A stretch of 64,000 nt of DNA from an uncultured delta proteobacterium (lineage in GTDB: Bacteria; Desulfobacterota; Binatia; Binatales; Binataceae): NCBI GenBank assembly GCA_963711565.1, contig CAVQEQ010000004.1:1280001-1344000 (forward strand), written 5' to 3'. Made by a program: the position numbers and the translations under genes. Within the stretch, counting starts at the first letter, position 1; every line of letters begins with the position of its first letter. Positions 40,692 through 48,168 of this stretch are shown here, one piece after another. The notes under the pieces were generated by a model. That model had not been told where the DNA came from. It ran no database searches and saw nothing but the letters and a program-made list of their open reading frames with translations.

Positions 40692-41392
40692 TCGGTGATG
40701 ATTACGGCCGGAAATCCAAATCGGGCCGAGTCGGACGCGCGCGCCTCGGCTGCCGATCGAGTTGCAAACGCGCCCATCCGTACACGGTAATAGTGGCGAT
40801 GGTCAGCATCAAGCTGATCGATGTGAACGTCGGGGTAGTAGGCGGCCAATTTGCTGCGCAACTGCTCGGCGTTCTGTTGCTCGGAAAATGAACCGGCCTG
40901 GACGACGTAGCGCAGCGGCGCGCCGACCTCGCGAGTCCCGCGCGGCTTGCTGATGAGCGAGATGCGAACGTGCGCGGTGCCCTGGTCGAGCATTCCGATC
41001 ACCCGCGCCGCCTTGTGCGAGAGATCGATCTTGCGGCCCTTCTTGAACGGCCCGCGGTCTGTAATCGTCACCTCGACGGAACGGCCGTTGTCGAGATTCG
41101 TGACCATCACGCGGCTGCCCAGCGGAAATTCGATCGAGGCCGCAGTGAGGTCCTCCTGGTTGTAATACGAGCCGGCCGAGGTCTTGCGACCGTGGAATCC
41201 TGGCCCGTACCACGACGCCATCCCCACGACCGCGGGCGTCGGAGTTGCCCGCGGCACAGCAACCTCGGGAGGCGATGGCGGTGGCGGCGGAAGCTGGGCT
41301 GGTTGCGAGGTCGCGCAGGCGGCGAAAATCGCGCTCATAGCGATCGTCAAAGCGATCTGGCGCAGGTGGCCGCAGTTTGGAATGCGCGACAC
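40688..41392 (-). CDS. rlpA: RlpA septal lytic transglycosylase lipoprotein with SPOR domain (start uncertain)
   Basis: Lipobox FAAC, ASWYGPGFHGRKT, DRGPF and IDLS; SPOR motifs VQAGSF and YRVRMG. Confidence 0.9.
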   Translation of the reverse strand: MSRIPNCGHLRQIALTIAMSAIFAACATSQPAQLPPPPPSPPEVAVPRATPTPAVVGMASWYGPGFHGRKTSAGSYYNQEDLTAASIEFPLGSRVMVTNLDNGRSVEVTITDRGPFKKGRKIDLSHKAARVIGMLDQGTAHVRISLISKPRGTREVGAPLRYVVQAGSFSEQQNAEQLRSKLAAYYPDVHIDQLDADHRHYYRVRMGAFATRSAAEARASDSARFGFPAVIITE

Positions 41393-41521
41393 GTCAAGCA
41401 ACCCAACACTTATTATAGGAATCCTCGAGTCGCGGCATAAGTCCGCATCGTGTGGAACGATGTCGAGTGAGACGCTTCGGGAGCCGTCGGCGGCGTGGTA
41501 GCATCTCGGCTGTTGAACGCA

Positions 41522-42682
41522 ATGCTGCGGACGAGGCAGGAGCTCGAGGAAATAGAGGCGCGCACGCTGGCGCCGTATGCGATGGCGTCGCGGGCCAGTC
41601 GCGGGCGCCGCTTTCCCGAGCCCGAGCATCCGATGCGTACAGTCTTCGCGCGCGATCGCGACCGCGTCATTCACTCGGCTGCGTTTCGGCGCCTCGAATA
41701 CAAAACCCAGGTCTTTGTAAATCACGAGGGCGATTACTACCGCACCCGCCTGACGCATACCCTCGAAGCCGCGCAGATCGCGCGCACTGTGGCGCGGGCG
41801 CTCGGCCTCAACGAGGAACTGGCGGAGGCGGTTGCACTCGCACACGACCTCGGGCATACCCCCTTCGGCCACGCCGGCGAGAAAGTGCTCAACGAGCTGA
41901 TGGCGCCGTACGGCGGCTTCGATCACAACGCGCAGAGCCTGCGGACGGTGGACTGGATCGAGATTCGCTATCCGAATTTTCGCGGACTCAATCTCAGCTT
42001 CGAGGTGCGCGAGGGAATCGTCAAACATTCGCACTTCCAGAATCGTCCGGCCGCGCAGGAATTCGACCCGAGCACCTATCCATGCCTCGAGGCTCAAATC
42101 GTCAACCTGGCCGACGAGATCGCGTACCTGGCGCACGACGTTGACGACGGCCTGAAGGCGCAGATGCTCTCGGTCGAGGAACTTAACGCGTCGTCCCTGT
42201 TCAGGGAGTCGGCGGCTGCGGCGCGAGACACGTCGCCGGCGGCCGAAATGCGCGTGCTTCGCTACCAGACCGTGATCAGGATGATCGACGCGATGTCAAC
42301 TGACTTGATGACCAACCTTGCAAGCGAACTGGACCGCAACAAGATTCGCAACGTCGAGGACGTGCGCAAGGCGGGCAGGGCACTCGTGTCCTTCGATTCC
42401 GCGATGGGTGCGAAGGTCGATGAAATCAAGCAAGTGATGCGCGATCGGCTGTATCGGCATTACCGGGTCAGCCGCATGACTGAGAAAGCGGGCAGGGTGC
42501 TGGCGGCCCTCTTCCAAACTTACATGACCGAGCCGCGCCAGATGCCGGAGCACGTAGTCGCGCGCGCCGAGAAATACGGCGAGCCGATTTCGCGGGCGGT
42601 CGCGGACTATATCGCTGGGATGACAGACCGCTTCGCACTGGACGAATATCGCAAACTTTTCGATCCCAATGAGCGCGTCTGA
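41522..42682 (+). CDS. dgt: deoxyguanosinetriphosphate triphosphohydrolase-like HD protein
   Basis: RDRDRVIHSAAFRRLEYKTQV, RTRLTH, AHDLGHTPFGH, ADEIAY and DYIAGMTD. Confidence 0.95.
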   Translation: MLRTRQELEEIEARTLAPYAMASRASRGRRFPEPEHPMRTVFARDRDRVIHSAAFRRLEYKTQVFVNHEGDYYRTRLTHTLEAAQIARTVARALGLNEELAEAVALAHDLGHTPFGHAGEKVLNELMAPYGGFDHNAQSLRTVDWIEIRYPNFRGLNLSFEVREGIVKHSHFQNRPAAQEFDPSTYPCLEAQIVNLADEIAYLAHDVDDGLKAQMLSVEELNASSLFRESAAAARDTSPAAEMRVLRYQTVIRMIDAMSTDLMTNLASELDRNKIRNVEDVRKAGRALVSFDSAMGAKVDEIKQVMRDRLYRHYRVSRMTEKAGRVLAALFQTYMTEPRQMPEHVVARAEKYGEPISRAVADYIAGMTDRFALDEYRKLFDPNERV

Positions 42683-43310
42683 CAAGCCGTCGCCACCGAG
42701 GAAGACACGCGCGCGGCGCTCGCTCGTGATCCGGCGCGTCGATCACGTCGGCGATCCCGTGGGGCTCGCATTTCTCGAATCGCCGGAAACCAACGGCGAT
42801 GCGGTGCTCGAGCGGCTGGGCGAGTACCTCGGCGACAAGCTGAAGGTCGTCAAGGCGGAAGTCGCGCACGGCGAGATCACGGTCGAAGTCGAATCGCGCA
42901 GGTGGACCGAGGAGGGCGCTCGGATGGCCGCAGTCGCGCGCGAATTATACGAGAAGGGAGCCAAACGGTCGGCGCTGGCGATGTATCGCGACGCGCTCGA
43001 CCTGGACCCGCTCAACGCGGAAGCGATGTTGAGACTCGGCCTGGCATTTGCAGAGCAGGAGAAATTCGCGGATGCGCTCGCCGCCCTTAAGCGCGCGCGC
43101 GAGTTCGGCGCCGGCGGCGTCGATCTGCTGATCGCGATGGGCCGATGCGCGGCAGGATCGGATCGTAGCGCGAACGCCATCGCGTACTACGAAGAGGCGT
43201 TGACAATCGAACCGCGCAATTTCGTTGCGCGCCGGGCGTTGAGCTCGCTCGGGCGCAAGCCGCCGGCACCCAGCAAGCAATCAGGCGCTGTACGGAGCGG
43301 TCGCGATTAG
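42669..43310 (+). CDS. TPR-repeat protein
   Basis: C-terminal repeats such as ALAMYRDALDLDPLNAEA and AIAYYEEALTIEPRN. Confidence 0.75.
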   Translation: MSASDKPSPPRKTRARRSLVIRRVDHVGDPVGLAFLESPETNGDAVLERLGEYLGDKLKVVKAEVAHGEITVEVESRRWTEEGARMAAVARELYEKGAKRSALAMYRDALDLDPLNAEAMLRLGLAFAEQEKFADALAALKRAREFGAGGVDLLIAMGRCAAGSDRSANAIAYYEEALTIEPRNFVARRALSSLGRKPPAPSKQSGAVRSGRD

Positions 43311-43578
43311 CTAAAACTGTGCGGAATCGGCTGGCTGTATTTTTCTCGATTCACGCCGACCCAATCATTCTTGAAGCGAGGAACCTTGGAGCACTCAATG
43401 ATTTCAGGCCTTTTTAGATTTCGAGCCAGTACGGCTAGTGGGGATTAGGTGAATGTAGACACCCACCTGAAAAACCTTTAGATTCAAGCCGTGTTCTCAA
43501 GAAACCCAATGCGCCGGACCTCCTCGAATCGAGTCCGGACAGTAGTAGCGCATCTACTCGCCGTGCGCGAGGTGCGTT

Positions 43579-44226
43579 GTGAACGAACAGCGCTCCTACG
43601 GCGCTGGATGGGGGCTTGATCTGGTGCGGTTCACCCTAACCTACGACGGCCCGCTACCCTCTGGCGGCAATTCCAGCCATCTACCGATCAAGCAAAGAAT
43701 CCGGCAGACGCTTCATCCTCAAATTCGCAGCGTGTGGAGAAACCATCCCGCGTTTGATGAAGATGAGTTATTGAAAGCGATGGTTGAGAATGAAGATCGG
43801 TTCATCAATCGTGGTCGCTTTACATTCATCCCGATTGTCCGACGGTATCTCCATCTATTTTGTGAGATTGATATTTTGCTCCTCAGGCGAGAAGCGCCGG
43901 GCGCTATCGTGCATCGGGGCGATCTAGACAACCGGCTAAAGATTCTCTTCGACGCCTTGCGAGCGCCTAACGATCCGTCAGAACTAAAGGGCTTGCGATA
44001 TCCACGACCAAAAGGGAAAGCGGTAAAATTGGATGGTCACGTCTATCCGCCACCGTTCTTCTGTCTGCTAGAAGATGACGCGTTGATAACGGGGGTCAAG
44101 GTCGATACAGCGCAATTGTTTGAGCCGCTGAAACGAGGGACCGAAAATCACGTTCGCCTAGTGATGCGAGTGTCCGTGAAGCTCAGCAAACTGACAAAGG
44201 CAAACTTGGCTTTTGTCGGAGACTAA
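43579..44226 (+). CDS. passenger protein with RusA-like nuclease motif
   Basis: GDLDNRLKILFDAL...LLEDDALI resembles the RusA DxDNxxKxxxDAL...DD motif. Confidence 0.6.
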   Translation: MNEQRSYGAGWGLDLVRFTLTYDGPLPSGGNSSHLPIKQRIRQTLHPQIRSVWRNHPAFDEDELLKAMVENEDRFINRGRFTFIPIVRRYLHLFCEIDILLLRREAPGAIVHRGDLDNRLKILFDALRAPNDPSELKGLRYPRPKGKAVKLDGHVYPPPFFCLLEDDALITGVKVDTAQLFEPLKRGTENHVRLVMRVSVKLSKLTKANLAFVGD

Positions 44227-44229
44227 TGA

Positions 44230-44367
44230 TCAGTCTCGTTTGATGTCGAAATTTATCGAAGTCAGAAAGACTAGCGCGACACCCGGCCAGCCGATCCACC
44301 AGTAGCCAAGAGCAGCGACGGCCGTTACGTAGAGCCAGCGCCACCAGCGGAATTCGAGTCGGGTCAC
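44230..44367 (-). CDS. 45-aa Trp-rich membrane protein (passenger)
   Basis: GTG start overlaps the upstream stop (GTGA); RWWRWLYVTAVAALGYWWIGWPGVALVFL is hydrophobic. Confidence 0.45.
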   Translation of the reverse strand: MTRLEFRWWRWLYVTAVAALGYWWIGWPGVALVFLTSINFDIKRD

Positions 44368-44555
44368 TGGTTTCGGGGTGCGCCGAGACCCCACTCGACT
44401 CCGCAATAGTACGCATAGTAACTGCCGAACAGATAAGCCATCACCCAAAGCGCCCACGCGGGGTGCTCCGGGATGAAGAACCGTAAATATAGGGCGACAG
44501 CACCAACCACAAACCCAAGCCACCAAATAATCTTAGCCTTCGTATTCGCTTTCAT
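44364..44555 (-). CDS. 63-aa two-TM membrane protein (passenger)
   Basis: MKANTKAKIIWWLGFVVGAVALYL...WALWVMAYLFG; 10 bp downstream of the preceding ORF. Confidence 0.5.
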   Translation of the reverse strand: MKANTKAKIIWWLGFVVGAVALYLRFFIPEHPAWALWVMAYLFGSYYAYYCGVEWGLGAPRNQ

Positions 44556-44565
44556 CGTTGGTGCC

Positions 44566-44832
44566 CTAGAAGATGTAAACGAACACCGTGCGAGAATCCA
44601 ATGCGCCGCTGCCACGGGCGCGCATCATTTTCTTATCGACGAAGTGCTCTTCTATTTCTTGAGCGTCCGCCAAGGAGTCTGCCGCCCACTGTCTCCAACA
44701 TGAGATATTTGCGGTGTTTGCCATTCGAGTTTTCCGGTCGCTCGGATCGTTCGCGATGCCGATTCGCCAATCCCCGTAATGCCCCTGAACGGTGCCTTCG
44801 ATTTCAGAAATGATCCGTTCTGAGGTTGTCAT
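44566..44832 (-). CDS. 88-aa passenger protein, possibly GIY-YIG-like
   Basis: WRIGIANDPSDR followed by AQEIEEHF resembles the YIGxTxDxxxR...AxxxE pattern. Confidence 0.55.
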   Translation of the reverse strand: MTTSERIISEIEGTVQGHYGDWRIGIANDPSDRKTRMANTANISCWRQWAADSLADAQEIEEHFVDKKMMRARGSGALDSRTVFVYIF

Positions 44833-44844
44833 CGGCTGGGACTT

Positions 44845-45045
44845 TTAACCTGATGCGTCAATCTCTTTCAGTTCTTGCGAATACACATTCCAAAGCTTCT
44901 GAAGCTGTACTGCGGACACGGGAGCATGAGCTAGGTTCTCGATAGTCAGCGCACGCAGACGGCCATGCGCCAGTAGCCAACGTCTTCGATCCAGCGACAC
45001 CGCTTGTTGTTCTTCTCGAATCTCATCAGGGTGCGACACAAACAT
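44845..45045 (-). CDS. 66-aa hypothetical passenger protein
   Basis: ORF with GGAG upstream, collinear with neighbouring small ORFs; no recognisable motif. Confidence 0.35.
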   Translation of the reverse strand: MFVSHPDEIREEQQAVSLDRRRWLLAHGRLRALTIENLAHAPVSAVQLQKLWNVYSQELKEIDASG

Positions 45046-45147
45046 CTCCTGCTCCTCTTGCGCATCTTCTCTGCAAGTGGCATTGGTTTATTGTCGCAGT
45101 TCTGAGCGGTCCACCTGGCAGGGTTGGGCCGCTCGTTTATTTCTCAC

Positions 45148-45300
45148 TCAGTGCTCAGTCTTCGATGAACGGAAAAGCGGTCTGATTAGGCGCTTGAACT
45201 TTTCTGGATCGGCCTGTTCCAACTCGCGCCTTAAGAGATCGTCGCTTTCGCGCTGCTTCTCGCTGATAGGCTTTGGCGTCTGCGATTTCTTTTTCCGCAC
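45148..45300 (-). CDS. 50-aa charged helical protein downstream of the transposase
   Basis: Read manually: GTG start, RKKKSQTPKPISEKQRESDDLLRRELEQADPEKFKRLIRPLFRSSKTEH; below the ORF-track size cutoff. Confidence 0.45.
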   Translation of the reverse strand: MRKKKSQTPKPISEKQRESDDLLRRELEQADPEKFKRLIRPLFRSSKTEH

Positions 45301-45332
45301 GTCGCCAGTGTAGCGCGGAAAAATTTAGTCCG

Positions 45333-46295
45333 CTACTGGCTGCACGTCGTAATCAAATCGGCGAACATCTCCGAATTGTTGCGATTGTTGAACCGGAACG
45401 AAAACTCGTTCAGGTAGAAGGGCAGATATTTCGCGCTGACGTTGTGATACGAACCCATCACGCCGCGCTTGAGCAGCGACCAGAACGATTCAATCGAATT
45501 GGTGTGAACATCGCCGCGAACGTACTCGCCAGCCGAGTGCCGAACCGAATCATGCGGCAGGTCTTTGTGGACGTAGTTGTAATCTTTGTTTTCGTCGGTC
45601 ACGACCAGTCGAACGTTTTTCCGGTCCACGACTTTGCGCACGAAGCCCGCGAGGGTGGGCGCATCCTGACTGCCAATCACACGCGCCACGACGTTGCCTT
45701 TGCGCTCGATAGCGCCGATGACGCCGATCTTTCCGTAGCGATGCCCGCCGATGCCCAGCTCGCGCTGGCGTGCGGATTTCTGCCACGCATGGCGATTGCG
45801 ATCTTTCCCGCCGACGTAAGTTTCGTCGGCCTCGACAACGCCGCTCAGAGGAGCGTACATGTCGCCAGCCATCGCAGCGCGCCAGCGCATGCAGATATAC
45901 CAAGAGGTGTGATAGTCGTGCGTGGATCGTTCGCCAAAAATCACGCGATGAATCTGTAGAGCGCTGATTCCTTTCTTTGCAGTCAGCATCAGATAGCCGA
46001 CTTTGAACCAGAGGTTCAGCGCGATCTTTGTATCCTCGAAAATGGTTTTGGTTGTGACGCTGAAGCGGTAGCCGTTGCGCTTGTGGCAGACCATCACAAC
46101 GCCAGTCTCTTTATCGACTGTCTCAGCGCCGCTCTTGCAGACCCAATGCCACGGACGCGCCGCGAGCTTGTAGACTTTCTCGCTTGCCTTGCAGCGCGGG
46201 CAGCGCACACCGTCGCGCCAGCGCATCTTCGCTAGGAAGGCGCGGCACTGTTCATCGGTTCCAAATTCGCGGTCGAATTCGCTAAGTGTCTGCAT
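45333..46295 (-). CDS. IS1595-family DDE transposase
   Basis: Zn ribbon CPRC...C, KKGISALQ HTH, VEADETYVGG, VTDE, HTNSIESFW and YLNEFSFRFNNR. Confidence 0.95.
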   Translation of the reverse strand: MQTLSEFDREFGTDEQCRAFLAKMRWRDGVRCPRCKASEKVYKLAARPWHWVCKSGAETVDKETGVVMVCHKRNGYRFSVTTKTIFEDTKIALNLWFKVGYLMLTAKKGISALQIHRVIFGERSTHDYHTSWYICMRWRAAMAGDMYAPLSGVVEADETYVGGKDRNRHAWQKSARQRELGIGGHRYGKIGVIGAIERKGNVVARVIGSQDAPTLAGFVRKVVDRKNVRLVVTDENKDYNYVHKDLPHDSVRHSAGEYVRGDVHTNSIESFWSLLKRGVMGSYHNVSAKYLPFYLNEFSFRFNNRNNSEMFADLITTCSQ

Positions 46296-46379
46296 GTTTG
46301 GTACATTAGCCTAAATATGAATGAGTGTCAACAATCACCTAATCCCCCGGCTAGTTTACATAATACTTCTTATGCGAAG

Positions 46380-47321
46380 TTGCAGTATTCGGCCAAAGTC
46401 GCTGGCATCTGTGCATTCGTTATCGCCGCGTTGATGATTCTGGGCCGCGCTAGGACGGCGCTCGCGCAGGGTGCCTCGGGATTCTCCCCTGCCGTCGCGG
46501 CGCCTGTGGCTACCGATCCTGCGAAGGATGCGGCGTTGAAGACCTATCTCCAGAAACGCTTCAAGATTCCTAGTCCCGACCTGATCAAGCTAGGCCCGGC
46601 CTTCAAGACGCCGATCGAGGGTCTATACGCGCGCCAGTTGACCGTCGGCAATGCTGCCGGACAGACCGTCGCCACAACTCTGTTCTTCGACAACAGCGAG
46701 ACCAAGGCGATCGTCGGACAATATATCGACGCCGGTACGGAGCCGTGGGGACGGGTCAACATGGGCGCCGTGAACCTCGAGGATCGGCCGACGCAGGGTC
46801 CGGCGGACGCGCCCGTGACGATCGTCGAGTTTGCCGACTTCGAATGCCCCTTCTGCGCCCATGCGTTCAGCGTGATCGAGACGCTGGTCAACACGACCTA
46901 CAAGGGCAAAGTGAAGGTGATTTTCAAAGCCTACCCGCTGAACGTGCATCCGTGGGCGATGAAAGCCGCGGAGGCGGCCGAATGCGCCCGGCTGCAGAAC
47001 CCTGCCGCTTTCTGGGACTTCGCGCGCTACTTCTACACGAACCAGGGAAGCATCAACGCGGGGAATCTGCAGAGCAACGTGGACAAGTTGGCGAAGGAGC
47101 AGAAACTCGACGCGCCTTCATTGAAGGCATGCATGGGCAGCGCGCAGACCGCCGCTCGCATCAAGCAGGATCAGACGGACGGCGACACGATTCGAGTCTC
47201 GTCAACGCCGACGTTCTTCGTCAACGGGATACCGGTCGTGGGCTTGCCTGACGGCAAGGTGCTGGACTTCGTGATCGACTCGGAGCTCAAGGGAAAATCA
47301 ACGTCGGCGTCGGCGAACTAG
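46380..47321 (+). CDS. DsbA/DsbG-like thioredoxin-fold oxidoreductase (start uncertain)
   Basis: GPADAPVTIVEFADFECPFC (CxxC) and cis-Pro STPTFFVNG; N-terminal signal peptide. Confidence 0.9.
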   Translation: MQYSAKVAGICAFVIAALMILGRARTALAQGASGFSPAVAAPVATDPAKDAALKTYLQKRFKIPSPDLIKLGPAFKTPIEGLYARQLTVGNAAGQTVATTLFFDNSETKAIVGQYIDAGTEPWGRVNMGAVNLEDRPTQGPADAPVTIVEFADFECPFCAHAFSVIETLVNTTYKGKVKVIFKAYPLNVHPWAMKAAEAAECARLQNPAAFWDFARYFYTNQGSINAGNLQSNVDKLAKEQKLDAPSLKACMGSAQTAARIKQDQTDGDTIRVSSTPTFFVNGIPVVGLPDGKVLDFVIDSELKGKSTSASAN

Positions 47322-47394
47322 TGACCGACGACAGGCAGGGAACCGCCCTCCCCTGACGCCCGCGATTTCCTGGAGGCTCAGCCTTCGCATGGCG

Positions 47395-48168
47395 TTAGGG
47401 CGTGCATGAATGCGCAAAGGCCGGTGGCTTTTCCTCAGGCTGCGTCCGGAGCCCCTTTTGCAGCAGGAGAAGCGCCGCGGCTGGATCGTCCACAAAGCTG
47501 AACAGTTTGAGATCTTCTGGACTGATTGTGCCGTGCCGCACGAGCGCGTCGAAGTTGACGATCTCTTTCCAATATTGCGAGCCGTAGAGCAGCACTGTGA
47601 TCGGGCGATCCAGCTTTTGCGTTTGCTGCAACGTCAGTATCTCCATCATTTCGTCCAGCGTGCCGAAACCTCCGGGAAAAGCTACCATCGCGCGCGCGAG
47701 ATGCGCGAACCACAGCTTGCGCATGAAAAAGTAGTGGAACTCGAACGATAGCCCTCGCGTGATGTACGGATTGGGCCGCTGCTCGTGCGGCAGTCCGATG
47801 TTCAGCCCGATCGTCCGTCCCCCCGCTTCGGACGCGCCACGATTGGCCGCCTCCATGATGCCGGGGCCGCCGCCAGAGCAGATCACGTAGCGATGACAAT
47901 TCGACCGAAGACCCTTCGACCAGGTCGTGATCAGTTTCGCGAGCTCGCGCGCATCCTGGTAGTAGCGTCCGAGCGGGCCGTCCGGAGCAATCCTCGCCGA
48001 GCCGAAGAACACGATTGTCTCGTGCACCTGCTCGCGGCAAAAGATCCGAAGCGGATCGAGATACTCCGCAAGAATCCGTACCGGGCGCGCTTCATCGCTA
48101 TCGAGAAACTTCTCGTCCTTATAGGCGAGCGGTGGAATGGCCGGCGAATCTGATTTGCGCGCTTTCAT
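47395..48168 (-). CDS. LOG-family nucleotide phosphoribohydrolase
   Basis: VFFGSAR, SGGGPGIMEAANRGA, FFMRK and FPGGFGTLDE. Confidence 0.92.
   Translation of the reverse strand: MKARKSDSPAIPPLAYKDEKFLDSDEARPVRILAEYLDPLRIFCREQVHETIVFFGSARIAPDGPLGRYYQDARELAKLITTWSKGLRSNCHRYVICSGGGPGIMEAANRGASEAGGRTIGLNIGLPHEQRPNPYITRGLSFEFHYFFMRKLWFAHLARAMVAFPGGFGTLDEMMEILTLQQTQKLDRPITVLLYGSQYWKEIVNFDALVRHGTISPEDLKLFSFVDDPAAALLLLQKGLRTQPEEKPPAFAHSCTP

Larger units (their letters stand above)
43440..46347 (-). mobile_element. IS1595-family transposon with passenger genes
   Basis: TIRs GGGGATTAGGTGAATGTAGACAC (43440-43462) and GTGTCAACAATCACCTAATCCCC (46325-46347) match at 21/23; 8-bp TSD CGGCTAGT at 43432-43439 and 46348-46355; internal transposase. 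Confidence 0.93.

Noticed and set aside
46317-46379. ATG start for the DsbA-like ORF given by the ORF track
   Set aside because: It lies inside the IS1595 element and reads through the TIR, so it cannot be the ancestral start.
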